Virus record (IMG/VR): IMGVR_UViG_3300035208_006985
DNA from: a virus
Lineage: Duplodnaviria > Caudoviricetes
Length of the DNA stretch: 64,000 nucleotides
Direction: 5' to 3' (one strand)
Positions 17,018 to 26,822 of this stretch are shown in pieces (the first letter of the stretch is position 1; every line of letters begins with the position of its first letter). A model generated the notes under the pieces. The model saw only the letters and a list, made by a program, of their open reading frames with translations, did not search any database and was not told the DNA's origin. Both the position numbers and the translations under genes were made by a program.

Positions 17018-18003
17018 TATGTTTTAGCCCCCTCAATAAGTTTAAATGCTGTTTCAATTACTTCACTCCCATAACCTAACTTTTCTGCTATTAAAGGAAT
17101 TTGCTGCTTAAGATCTACAGCCTCTATATTTGTTTTCTGAACCATCTGAAGAAATCTTGCTACATCCTGAACCTGGGGATTAATTTTCTTATCTACCTTA
17201 TCATTAAAGGGATGCCCCAAGGCTCCAGGAATATCAATCAACTCTATTTTTTGTATAAGATCATGTGAATCATCATCTTTAATAATAGTTACTATAACTA
17301 CCTGAGGAGTTCTTTGCTCACCCGTATTTTCTAATCTCCCTACTGAACCGGGATTACAAAATGTTACCCCATTAGCAACTTTTTTTACCCCCCAACCCTG
17401 ATGAATATGTCCAGAAAGCACTAAATTTGCATGTGTATTTAATGTTGGAGCTAAAATATGAGGAAAAGGTACTGGCTTCATTACCACTGAACCATGTATA
17501 ACTTGAATAACTAATTCAGGAAATCTATCCGGCAGCTCTAATTCTTTAGGGTTCTGTTCTAACCAATAAGTATGATTATTAAATACCAAGTCTACATGAG
17601 GATACATCTTATCACGCTTCTTTACATCTAACCTTACCTCATTAGATTCTCCCTCAAGACCCATAACCCTCAAAACACCCGCACAATGAAGTATACCTAA
17701 CGCAGTTCGATCAAAACTCTTTAGTTGATAACCAAAATAATCATGACTACCGATAGCACTATAAATTTCTTTATTCCAGCTTTTCAATACATCGATCATC
17801 TCATAAAGAACACTATTTGGAGGTTCAGGACTATCAAATAAATCCCCTCCACAGATGACATAATCCACGTTACTTTGTTTCCATATCTCACCAATAGCAT
17901 ACATCTTCTTAAATATAGACTCCCTAAAACTATCTGTTCTACCCTCCGGGGAAGTTGCTCTAGCATGAACATCAGTAAAAAACCCTAATTTCATTTCAGT
18001 CAT
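17017..18003 (-). CDS. Mre11/SbcD-like nuclease
   Basis: TDVH, GGDLFD, GSHD, SGHIH, NPGS motifs. Confidence 0.9.
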   Translation of the reverse strand: MTEMKLGFFTDVHARATSPEGRTDSFRESIFKKMYAIGEIWKQSNVDYVICGGDLFDSPEPPNSVLYEMIDVLKSWNKEIYSAIGSHDYFGYQLKSFDRTALGILHCAGVLRVMGLEGESNEVRLDVKKRDKMYPHVDLVFNNHTYWLEQNPKELELPDRFPELVIQVIHGSVVMKPVPFPHILAPTLNTHANLVLSGHIHQGWGVKKVANGVTFCNPGSVGRLENTGEQRTPQVVIVTIIKDDDSHDLIQKIELIDIPGALGHPFNDKVDKKINPQVQDVARFLQMVQKTNIEAVDLKQQIPLIAEKLGYGSEVIETAFKLIEGAKT

Positions 18004-18190
18004 TAGTCTGCTATCTCCTCTTTTACAGCGATTCTAAGATCATCTAAGATAGTTAGAAGTCCATCCCTTTGAAGTTTTTCTAATTTCTTTCTATTTCTTG
18101 TATAAATAGGCCAAATAAGTTGATATAACTTATTTGCATCATCCCTACTCATTATAATTATATCTTCACCTTTTAATATCATATTAGCTC

Positions 18191-19396
18191 CTAATGCTCA
18201 TGGTCAAAAGGTCTATCACACATAGGACAGACACCCAGCTCTTGTTTTAACTGTTCAAATTGTTGCTCTTCTTTTGCTAATTGTTCTTCAATAGACTTGA
18301 CAATACCAACAGTTGTATTATATGTTGATAAACTTAATTCAATCCCTAACTTTAATTTCTTTAATGATTCTAACTTATTACTTGCATCTTCCAATACCTT
18401 AATATTGGGTAAAATAATTTCATTTACATGATCTAATCTTTCTAAATTATCTCTAGTCTCTATAGCTGCTTCTAATAATAAAATACTCTTTTTATAAGCC
18501 TCTATGTCATTTAATTTAGGAATTGAAAATATAGCAATTTGCTCAGATATTTGTAACTGCTTGTTAATATCTATACAATACTCAAGGGTCTTTACAATAT
18601 TACCAAGTTGGTTAATTTCTTGATAGATAGAATACACATCAACATCTAATGCTTTAGTAATACTATTTATTTTTACTACCTCTGAAACAATATTAGCAAG
18701 ATCCTTATGAATTACAGATAAGTGTTCTATCTCCCTATCAACATCATCCTGTTTCTCTTGTAAAGAGTCAATCAAACATAAAGTTTCTATAAGTTCCGGA
18801 ACAGTCTCATACTGGCTTAACTTTTCCTCATTTTGCTTTGTATCTTTAATATTTTGTTCAATATCTCTTGATAAGGACTTTATTTCTGCAGAAGCCATTT
18901 GCACAGCTCTTTCAGCGTAGTCTACACCACTAACCCTACCTAAAACCTTTCCCCGAACAGAGGCTAAACCATCCCCAGATATCAAAAATAAGGGGTCTAA
19001 TTGTTGCTGAAAATTTATATCAAACTCAACATCCCCAAATTGCTGCAAAGGAGATGCCTCCATCTTTTCCAGCACTTCAATAGGTATGCCAGTCTTACCA
19101 AACTTTGTAAATTGCAACCCATCTACCTTATATACATTATTTTCTGCAGATTTATCATTTCTAACTATTCTCTCAATAACACCAGAATCTGTGGTAAGCT
19201 CTATACTAGAAAACTTTTGCTTCTCTCTAATGAATAAAACTCCTTCAGGGTAATCTCGCAAAACCTTCCTACATGCTCTGAATATAGCACTCTTACCATT
19301 ATTGTTCAATCCCACAATAGCAGTAACATGCTTTGCAAAGGATATTGTGGTATCCATATGAGATTGAAAATTTTGTAATCGAATACTTTTAAACAT
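18191..19396 (-). CDS. Rad50/SbcC-like ATPase, N-terminal half
   Basis: IRLQNFQSH, Walker A GLNNNGKS, Q-loop, coiled coil ending in the Zn hook CPMC. Confidence 0.88.
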   Translation of the reverse strand: MFKSIRLQNFQSHMDTTISFAKHVTAIVGLNNNGKSAIFRACRKVLRDYPEGVLFIREKQKFSSIELTTDSGVIERIVRNDKSAENNVYKVDGLQFTKFGKTGIPIEVLEKMEASPLQQFGDVEFDINFQQQLDPLFLISGDGLASVRGKVLGRVSGVDYAERAVQMASAEIKSLSRDIEQNIKDTKQNEEKLSQYETVPELIETLCLIDSLQEKQDDVDREIEHLSVIHKDLANIVSEVVKINSITKALDVDVYSIYQEINQLGNIVKTLEYCIDINKQLQISEQIAIFSIPKLNDIEAYKKSILLLEAAIETRDNLERLDHVNEIILPNIKVLEDASNKLESLKKLKLGIELSLSTYNTTVGIVKSIEEQLAKEEQQFEQLKQELGVCPMCDRPFDHEH

Positions 19397-19766
19397 GATT
19401 TGTATCAATAAACGTTTTTATTTTATTCATTGCAGCCTCAAATATATTCTTACTAATAGGCTTCAACGCATTCATACTATATATATTTTTTTGAACTTCA
19501 AAACTTAGCCAAGCATCTTTGCCCCTGCCTATTATTCCAATTATCTCTACCCAGCAATCTAATTGTTTTTCATCAACCCCAAAAACATGAAATAATTGAT
19601 TTGTTTCTACATGTTTATAATATTTTCCTACATAAGATTTAAGTTCTTTGAGTTTCTCTTCACGACCTATTCTTTCAATCTCTTTATTTATAATATTAAT
19701 CTCATTTTTATATTCACTTTTTGTTCTTTGTAATTCTTTAATGCGTTTTACATCCACAGTCTTCAT
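19389..19766 (-). CDS. Hypothetical protein
   Basis: AGGAG SD. Confidence 0.6.
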   Translation of the reverse strand: MKTVDVKRIKELQRTKSEYKNEINIINKEIERIGREEKLKELKSYVGKYYKHVETNQLFHVFGVDEKQLDCWVEIIGIIGRGKDAWLSFEVQKNIYSMNALKPISKNIFEAAMNKIKTFIDTNHV

Positions 19767-19787
19767 ATAAATTACTCCTTAATTTAT

Positions 19788-20426
19788 TTAAACTTTCTCA
19801 TACATTAAAACACCCCGAATGCGATTATTTGTTGATCTATAAATAGATATAGTTCCGTAAAAATTCCAATCTTTCTTAGCATATATTGGAGGAGATTGAT
19901 CCATCCAAAGTAATGATCCCCCAGGCTTCAAAATCTTATGACATTCTTGTAAAACTTTCTGCTTATTTACAAGACATTTACCATAATGTTCAGCATCCTC
20001 AACAGAATAAGGAGGGTCTGCAAATATTAAATCATAGCTTCCCGGTATTATTATATTCGATACTTTTTCAGCCTCACACACTGCATCAGGCATGTTAATA
20101 TGGTCACCATCCACCCTAAAAGCAAGCTGATGCTTTAGCAAATCTTTATGTACCTGTTCCTCAGTAAGTGAACCACTAAAAAGATGCAAAATGTTAACTG
20201 CATCAGGAAACATACAAGAAACTCTCTTAAGGTAGCCCCTAGGGTATGCACCAAAAAACGGCTCATCATTAACATTACGCTTACTCTCGCTTTTGTAATT
20301 GTTCCCAATAAACCACGTAGCAGATATCCACCTATCAGAAATCATAAACCTACTATCTGGCCACTTGCTACCAAAGTAATCATTATACAACATAGCTCTA
20401 TGTTGCGGGGTCCAATAATTGATCAT
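19788..20426 (-). CDS. Putative amino-(N6A/N4C) methyltransferase
   Basis: LHLFSGS (SAM-binding), ADPPY (catalytic), LKPGG. Confidence 0.75.
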   Translation of the reverse strand: MINYWTPQHRAMLYNDYFGSKWPDSRFMISDRWISATWFIGNNYKSESKRNVNDEPFFGAYPRGYLKRVSCMFPDAVNILHLFSGSLTEEQVHKDLLKHQLAFRVDGDHINMPDAVCEAEKVSNIIIPGSYDLIFADPPYSVEDAEHYGKCLVNKQKVLQECHKILKPGGSLLWMDQSPPIYAKKDWNFYGTISIYRSTNNRIRGVLMYEKV

Positions 20427-21016
20427 CTTTCAAGTTCCTTTTTAATTTGCTCTACATAATCTATTACAGAGGCTACACGAATAATATCCCAAGATGTATG
20501 TTTATTAAAAGGATAATCTACACAATACACCTTACATTTGGGATTATCTATAGCAACGTCATTACAATTTTCAACCTTATCGTCTATGTAATAGTCCAGT
20601 CTTAACAACTTAGCTGCAGTTCCCTTTTTATTTGTTTCTATAACTTGAGGGTCTTGAATTCTTCTAGATCTTAACCAATTTATAGTTTGATAGATGGATG
20701 ATATTCCACCAGTATTTGGGCGATTTGTAATAAAATAAAAATCATGTTTATAACTATTTTTATTTACAAACTCTATTACAGGGTTTAGGTTTCCAATAGT
20801 TTCTAAAGATGACCAAAAATAAGGGTTATTTTTTATAACCCCCCAAGCTTGATTAATTTGTTGATTTGTTACGGGTAAGAATTTAGTATAATCCCAATCA
20901 AAAACTTTTGTATTATCCGATAAAACAGGACAATTGGGATTTATTTCATTTAAAATTGTCGTAAAAGCTATAGTAAAATTAGAAAGAACTCCATCAATAT
21001 CAAAACCAATTCGCAT
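20423..21016 (-). CDS. HAD 5'(3')-deoxyribonucleotidase-like
   Basis: GFDIDGVL, FITNR, YYIDDK, YPFN. Confidence 0.82.
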   Translation of the reverse strand: MRIGFDIDGVLSNFTIAFTTILNEINPNCPVLSDNTKVFDWDYTKFLPVTNQQINQAWGVIKNNPYFWSSLETIGNLNPVIEFVNKNSYKHDFYFITNRPNTGGISSIYQTINWLRSRRIQDPQVIETNKKGTAAKLLRLDYYIDDKVENCNDVAIDNPKCKVYCVDYPFNKHTSWDIIRVASVIDYVEQIKKELER

Positions 21017-21026
21017 AAAACTCCCT

Positions 21027-22103
21027 TTAATTATTGACTCCCAAAAGAATATTGCCCAATGCTGTTCCGGCCACTACCTCAATAGATCTTTTTGTAGACT
21101 CATGCACACTTGCTGCATAATTTGTAACTTTGTTTAATACATCATAGGCCATAAAATTAGTCATACTGGGTTCATTTATTGCTAATCCAAACATCTTATT
21201 ACGCTTATTTTCTTCTCTCCAAATATCTACTCTTTGAAGTATAAGCTTTCTTTCCTCTTCGTTTGTGCCAATAAGAGTATCTGTAGTGCTGCTCCCTACA
21301 TATTTCTGAAGTTTCCTAAATAAACTTGCGACTTCAAATTCGAATAAACGCCTCTCCTCAATTCCATCAGAGTTAATCGTAATGGCTTTTAAAAGCTCCT
21401 CATCATAATGCTCAACATTTTTAGAGAACTCCAATAATCTGGGCTCTGGTTCCAATCTGTAATCTGCTCGAATCTTTCCAAAGAAGGGCATTACAAAGCT
21501 ATTGGTACAATAGGTTCTATACAGAATTGATTCTAACTTAAGTTGTGTTTCTTTTAGAATAGATCCATAAACATGTGATCCAGCCATTAAAAAATCATTT
21601 TCAGATATGCTTTTAGGATCTTTAAATTTGGTCTTTTGAAATCCCAAACAAATAGTCAGCATTACCTCACCAATGTCAATATATTGAATAGCCTCCCTAT
21701 CAGAAAAGCAAGATAGTATATCCAAATAAGAAGCCTCTTCATACTCCTTCTTAACAAATCCTGCTACAGACCCGTCCGGACGCTCTAACATAACAATAGC
21801 ATCTGAACTATTTTCACCTAAAAGCCTGTGTATGTTAGTTAATAGTAAATCCAAAGGAATTTTTAATGCAAAAGATCCAGAAATACCTAATATTTTATAA
21901 AGCTTTTCAAATGCATACCTTGACATTATCTTTCCCTCAGGATACACATCAGAAATTAGATTTCCATCTGAATTGATTGATAACTTTTCAAATGTAGTCT
22001 TAACTGGCTTAACTGTCAAATCCTTAGCAACATTAATAGCATCATTAATGACACGAGTTCTTACTGGTTGAATATATTCTGCAAATTTCATTTCACTATA
22101 CAT
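21027..22103 (-). CDS. DUF932-like phage protein
   Basis: YRTYCTN motif and C-terminal YDVLNKVT resemble DUF932. Confidence 0.5.
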   Translation of the reverse strand: MYSEMKFAEYIQPVRTRVINDAINVAKDLTVKPVKTTFEKLSINSDGNLISDVYPEGKIMSRYAFEKLYKILGISGSFALKIPLDLLLTNIHRLLGENSSDAIVMLERPDGSVAGFVKKEYEEASYLDILSCFSDREAIQYIDIGEVMLTICLGFQKTKFKDPKSISENDFLMAGSHVYGSILKETQLKLESILYRTYCTNSFVMPFFGKIRADYRLEPEPRLLEFSKNVEHYDEELLKAITINSDGIEERRLFEFEVASLFRKLQKYVGSSTTDTLIGTNEEERKLILQRVDIWREENKRNKMFGLAINEPSMTNFMAYDVLNKVTNYAASVHESTKRSIEVVAGTALGNILLGVNN

Positions 22104-22113
22104 AAATTAACTC

Positions 22114-22459
22114 CTATTTATTTCTTATTTTTTCATCCAATTCTTTACACTCATTCAAAACAACATTTATGTCATTTACTCTAATATTATAATCTTCCAA
22201 AAATTCTTTAGGAACAAATTGCTGTAAATATAATATGCAATCTCTTTGCTTAGTGAACTACCCCTGCCTAAAGGCAAAGGCTTCTTGGGTCAAACGAATG
22301 AGATTACTTCCTCTATTCTCACCAAGCGTTAATTTCCTACGTTCCATAGGTATTTTGGTCCTGTTATCTAAAAGCACTATCTGTAACCCCCACCTAAAGG
22401 AAGGAGATTTATTTAGTTAAATCGGTTAAAGTTAGACATAGAAGAATCCCTAAAAACAT
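22114..22459 (-). pseudogene. 60-aa gene interrupted by the mini-element
   Basis: Deleting 22253-22415 gives a 183-nt open frame MFLGILLCLTLTDLTKQRDC...KIRNK*. Confidence 0.7.
22253..22415 (-). mobile_element. Non-autonomous IS200/IS605-type mini-element encoding an omegaRNA
   Basis: Left hairpin ATCTCCTTCCTTTAGGTGGGGGT; right end GAAGCCTTTGCCTTTAGGCAGGGGTAGTTCAC; internal omegaRNA-like CCTATGGAACGTAGGAAATTAACGCTTGG; inserted 3' of TTAAC. Confidence 0.8.
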
Positions 22460-22464
22460 GGGGC

Positions 22465-22950
22465 TTAAACATTGTTAAATATCTCTTTCACAATATCATT
22501 ATCTGTTACAACTTTAACTTTCTTTCGCAGGTTTCCAGCCAGCAAAATGCCTCCAAAAGAAACAGTCAAAAAAGGATCACCAGGATGAATGCGGGTGGGA
22601 TAGCGGGGGTGGTTATTAAATACAATGACATAAAGCTCATTCTCTTTAGAAAATCCATAATTCAATAAGTCCCAACCAAACCGCTCAGATCTTTCTGCAA
22701 CCAAATTTATTTTAAGCCCCTCCCTAAATAAAGGCATCTCTACTTTTATTCCAGTATTGATTAATCTCCACTGCCTTGAGGGAATAGTAACATCATTTAA
22801 GGAAAGCAATAGCCAGCTACCTAAACTCTTTCGAATCACAATAGGATAAGCCAATTGCACGTTATTTATAAGGCCCCACCAAAATATTCTTGTAAAAGAT
22901 AAAATATATAATATGACAATATTGAATATTAACAAATTTATATATAACAT
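22465..22950 (-). CDS. Degenerate dUTPase-fold protein with N-terminal TM segment
   Basis: DVTIP..LINTGI, ERS, ELYVIVFN, IHPGD; the catalytic G-I-D-x-D-Y motif is missing. Confidence 0.55.
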   Translation of the reverse strand: MLYINLLIFNIVILYILSFTRIFWWGLINNVQLAYPIVIRKSLGSWLLLSLNDVTIPSRQWRLINTGIKVEMPLFREGLKINLVAERSERFGWDLLNYGFSKENELYVIVFNNHPRYPTRIHPGDPFLTVSFGGILLAGNLRKKVKVVTDNDIVKEIFNNV

Positions 22951-22962
22951 ATTTCACTCCTA

Positions 22963-23226
22963 TTATTGTTTTGCCGATTTTACAGCCTTAACTAATTGGT
23001 CTGCCCTAACATCACAAACAATCTTAAATTTATCATCATCCATTTTGCAGGTTTCTATATCTCGTTTTACAGAATCCATTGCAAGAACTAATAAAGCATC
23101 CGAAGCCTCAGCAACTGCCTCAGCATTGCCCGATTTAATATCAAATTCTTCCTCAATTGAGGTTTGAAATTCATAGGATTGATAAGCACCAGACAATACT
23201 ATTCTAAACGATTTCCGTATTAACAT
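22963..23226 (-). CDS. Hypothetical protein
   Basis: Packed ORF. Confidence 0.55.
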   Translation of the reverse strand: MLIRKSFRIVLSGAYQSYEFQTSIEEEFDIKSGNAEAVAEASDALLVLAMDSVKRDIETCKMDDDKFKIVCDVRADQLVKAVKSAKQ

Positions 23227-23590
23227 TTTTCAGCCCTTCAATATTATTATAATAATTTAACCACTTTTCTACTAATCTATCATGTTGTGCTGTTCTATTA
23301 TACAAAAACCATAACAAAAAAGCAAGTGGATTTCTATGTGCAGAGAATTTAAAATTAAATTTATGATGCTTGGGACACAAAGATACCCCATTATCCACAT
23401 CCCACCTAAATTCTGGTATTTCCCTTGGGATAATGTGATGAGCATTTAATAATTTAGTTTCTTTACAAATAACACAAGCTCTTCCATCACGATCCTTAAC
23501 AGAGTTCCCCCACTCCTTATACCTCTTATTAGAATCTCTTTTAGCTAACTTCTTAAGATAGGCTTTTGTTATTTTCTTTTCTTTTGCCAT
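23204..23590 (-). CDS. HNH endonuclease
   Basis: RDGRACVIC...AHHI...NGVSLCPKHH. Confidence 0.85.
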   Translation of the reverse strand: MAKEKKITKAYLKKLAKRDSNKRYKEWGNSVKDRDGRACVICKETKLLNAHHIIPREIPEFRWDVDNGVSLCPKHHKFNFKFSAHRNPLAFLLWFLYNRTAQHDRLVEKWLNYYNNIEGLKNVNTEIV

Positions 23591-23617
23591 GAAACTCCTA
23601 ACAAATTAATAACAATA

Positions 23618-23684
23618 TCTCTCACCCGACCAGTCTCCGAATGCTGAATTAACGTTCAGCCCCACTGCCAGTCTAGGTGAGAGA
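23618..23684. other. GC-rich long intergenic hairpin
   Basis: TCTCTCACC/GGTGAGAGA, GAC/GTC, CAGT/ACTG, GCTGAA/TTCAGC. Confidence 0.6.
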
Positions 23685-23699
23685 CAATATCGTGTATGT

Positions 23700-24299
23700 T
23701 TAAGCTGGAAAATCCAATTTCTTTCCTGTAGAGGCTATTGCTGCTGGCTTACTAACTGACTTATTAGGAACCAGCTTCTGTAAAGGTTTTACTTGCTCAT
23801 GCACCACCACAGGTTCTGACTCTGGCTGCGTCTCTGGCTGTAACTCTGGCTGTGCATTTGCCAAAGGTTTAGAGGGTCGTGATAATTTCTGTGAAACCTG
23901 TGCAATCTGTTTCTGATAATCTTCGGCAGATTTAAACCACACAAATTTATTAAATAATTTATCGCTTTTTTTAAACTTCTCTACCTTAACCTCTGCAACA
24001 AATTCACATCCCAAAAGAACATCAGTATCAAACTCTACACCCTTCTTAGGATCAACTCCGCTTATATCCAAACCACAAGCAGTTAGGAAACTAGCAAACA
24101 AATCATTCCAGCTACCCGCAGTATTAATATAAGAAGTACTTAAACCATCTTGCTCACTCTCATCATTCACCTGCACTTTAAAACTGTAAAAATCATCCCA
24201 ACCCTGTGTGCTTTTGCACAAAGCACAATCAGTAACTACAAACCGATATATGTCTGCAGGCAGGGGTTTAAATTCTGTTTTCTTAAATACTGCTATCAT
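23700..24299 (-). CDS. Putative ssDNA-binding protein (DUF669-like)
   Basis: FKPLPADIY N-terminus, flexible tail ending LDFPA; in the recA cluster. Confidence 0.5.
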   Translation of the reverse strand: MIAVFKKTEFKPLPADIYRFVVTDCALCKSTQGWDDFYSFKVQVNDESEQDGLSTSYINTAGSWNDLFASFLTACGLDISGVDPKKGVEFDTDVLLGCEFVAEVKVEKFKKSDKLFNKFVWFKSAEDYQKQIAQVSQKLSRPSKPLANAQPELQPETQPESEPVVVHEQVKPLQKLVPNKSVSKPAAIASTGKKLDFPA

Positions 24300-24438
24300 G
24301 ATGCTTCTCCTTTTATTTTGTTATATGTTATTTAATTGAACGATACGTTTCTTTAAATCCCTCTGGATCATATACTCCAAACAATGCAACGAATACCCAA
24401 CATAAAATATTTAAAAATTTCTTAAGCTTTTTCATAAC

Positions 24439-25041
24439 TTACTCCTGTTTAAAATTCTTAGAGGGTTTAACCGGATAACGCAAACCAATGAGAGACTCCA
24501 CGTTGCGCTGCTGCCTAGATAAATTAACATTCACATTCATTAGAGACTCCTGCTTTTCCTTAGTAATGTCGATCAAAGCCTCTAAATCTATTAATATACC
24601 ATCCACAATACTCATTAATTTTACTACCTCAGGCATTGTTTGTTGAACTGCTGCAGCCTGTAGCTCTTTATTCTTCAAAGCCTTAACTTTATCATCTCCA
24701 GAAAGCATCTCTACTTCTTTTTGCTTATACATTCTTTTTAATCTGCTACTATATCTTTGCCATTTTGCCCTTTCTCTTAAAATTGATATATGAATATTAC
24801 TAGCCCTGCTTAAATGTGCCTGAACTACGGAATAAAGCTGATTCATCCCCGCTACATCTTCTTCCGGGTAAGCATCTAACTTTACCTGCATAGCTTCAAG
24901 CTCATCCATTTGAGCATTAAAATTAAAAGATTGTTCAGATATTTCTATAATAAGCTTAGCTATGTCCTCCTGAAACAAAACTACTGCCTCAGGTTCAATT
25001 TCAATCCCTGTACCTACACCCTCAATAAGTTTAATTATCAT
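24439..25041 (-). CDS. Coiled-coil protein, possibly UvsY-like recombination mediator
   Basis: All-helical; near recA and the putative ssb. Confidence 0.4.
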   Translation of the reverse strand: MIIKLIEGVGTGIEIEPEAVVLFQEDIAKLIIEISEQSFNFNAQMDELEAMQVKLDAYPEEDVAGMNQLYSVVQAHLSRASNIHISILRERAKWQRYSSRLKRMYKQKEVEMLSGDDKVKALKNKELQAAAVQQTMPEVVKLMSIVDGILIDLEALIDITKEKQESLMNVNVNLSRQQRNVESLIGLRYPVKPSKNFKQE

Positions 25042-25050
25042 ACCTAATCC

Positions 25051-25293
25051 CTATCGTTTTGATTGCTTCTCTTGAAAAAGAACAGTTACAGGGCATTCTT
25101 TTAATCGTTCCCTTATTTTTGAAATACAAACAGATTCAGGATAAACCTTTGGAACCATTTCCTTTGAAATAACCACTTTGTACCCAATTAAATCCAACCA
25201 AACAGAAATGGCCTTGGATATTGTAGTTTTGCCTTTACCTGCTTTTCCAGAAACTGTAATTGTAATATCATACTCTTGTTTTAATTTAGCCAT
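25051..25293 (-). CDS. Small P-loop-containing protein
   Basis: VSGKAGKGKTT. Confidence 0.5.
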   Translation of the reverse strand: MAKLKQEYDITITVSGKAGKGKTTISKAISVWLDLIGYKVVISKEMVPKVYPESVCISKIRERLKECPVTVLFQEKQSKR

Positions 25294-25473
25294 TGTTAGA
25301 TTCACCTTCTCTCTTCACTTTTGCTTTTTTAAGCTCTTCATCTGTGCAATCCCGTTCAAAGGCTTTTTTATTTCTAAGGCTTTTAGGAGCCAAAATTTCT
25401 CCTCCAACTCTGCGTCTTACCCCATTAGGGTTTCCTGAACTTTTACCTTTTCCTGATGGCATAACAGATCTCC

Positions 25474-26502
25474 TTAATTAAATAGAAGTTTTGATACTTC
25501 TTGATGTATTTCTTTTTTTACTTCTGGTTTATTATACAAAAATTCTACAACAGAATCAATACCCTGACCAATTTTTTCATCTTTATAGCTATACCAACTA
25601 CCCGATTTCTGTATAACATTTTTTTCAACTGCAATATTAACAAGATCCGCGACAAAATCAATACCCTTACCAAATATAATATCCACAACAACTTCTCGGA
25701 AAGGTGGGCCAACCTTATTCTTTACTACTTTAATTTTAACTTTATTACCAACTACCAAGGAATCCTTATCCTTTATTGATTCTATCCGCCTAATATCCAA
25801 CCTAACAGATGAATAGAATTTTAATGCATTGCCTCCTGGAGTTATTTCATTACTACCCCAAGTAACCATCAATTTTTGTCTTAGTTGATTAATAAATATC
25901 AATATAGTTTTTGTTTTTCCTACAACAGATACTAATTTTCTTAATGCCTGCCCCATAAGACGAGCCTGAACACCCATAGTAGCTGCTCCCATTTCCCCCT
26001 CAATTTCAGATTTGGGGGTCAAAGCTGCCACAGAATCAACCACAATAATGTCAATAGCACCACTGCTTACCAACTCTTCTACAATGGATAATGCATCTTC
26101 TCCAGAATCTGGCTGTGACAAATAAAGATTAGATACATCCACCCCAATACTATTGGCATAATTTAAATCCATAGCCTGTTCTGCATCCACGTAGGCACAA
26201 GTACCCCCCAATTTCTGAGCCTGAGCTACTATTTGCATAGCAAGGGAGCTCTTTCCCCCTGACTCTGGGCCATATATCTCCACAATCCTGCCTCTAGGCA
26301 AACCCCCTACAACTAAAGCATAATCCAATGACAAGCATCCAGTAGTTATGACAGGAACTTTATCTATTGGTTTATCCCCCAAACGCATTACAGATCCCTT
26401 ACCAATATTTTTTTCAATATTTGCTAAAGCATTCTGAAGAGCAATTTTCTTCTCTAAACTTGCCTCTTGTTTTTCTAATTTTATTAACTTTTCTTTTGCC
26501 AT
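25474..26502 (-). CDS. recA: RecA recombinase
   Basis: GLPRGRIVEIYGPESGGKS, VDSVAAL, QARLMGQALRK, GGNALKFYSSVRL. Confidence 0.97.
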   Translation of the reverse strand: MAKEKLIKLEKQEASLEKKIALQNALANIEKNIGKGSVMRLGDKPIDKVPVITTGCLSLDYALVVGGLPRGRIVEIYGPESGGKSSLAMQIVAQAQKLGGTCAYVDAEQAMDLNYANSIGVDVSNLYLSQPDSGEDALSIVEELVSSGAIDIIVVDSVAALTPKSEIEGEMGAATMGVQARLMGQALRKLVSVVGKTKTILIFINQLRQKLMVTWGSNEITPGGNALKFYSSVRLDIRRIESIKDKDSLVVGNKVKIKVVKNKVGPPFREVVVDIIFGKGIDFVADLVNIAVEKNVIQKSGSWYSYKDEKIGQGIDSVVEFLYNKPEVKKEIHQEVSKLLFN

Positions 26503-26519
26503 AAGACTCCTTTAATTTT

Positions 26520-26813
26520 TTACTCAAACCCTATTAGAGAACTTGCGTCTACATTCTTAAATCCGTTATTTACTCTCTCTCTTAATCCTACATATTTAGA
26601 TGTGCATATTAAACCCGTCCAGCAATTTATTTTTTCCCTATAAATTAAAGCCACCCTACATTCCGTAGTATATTCACCACAATTAGGACATATATCATTT
26701 TTACTACCCTCCTTATTAGCATGGGGCGAATATTTTTCACAGGCAGCACAATACCTTTGAAACGAGAACCCACATTGGACTATTTGTTCTTTATAAGACC
26801 AAGGCCACTCCAT
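26520..26813 (-). CDS. Small Zn-ribbon protein
   Basis: CAAC...CPNC. Confidence 0.55.
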   Translation of the reverse strand: MEWPWSYKEQIVQCGFSFQRYCAACEKYSPHANKEGSKNDICPNCGEYTTECRVALIYREKINCWTGLICTSKYVGLRERVNNGFKNVDASSLIGFE

Positions 26814-26822
26814 AAAAACCTC

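Noticed and set aside
22235-22420. Plus-strand 61-aa ORF
   Set aside because: Coincides with the antisense strand of the mini-element.
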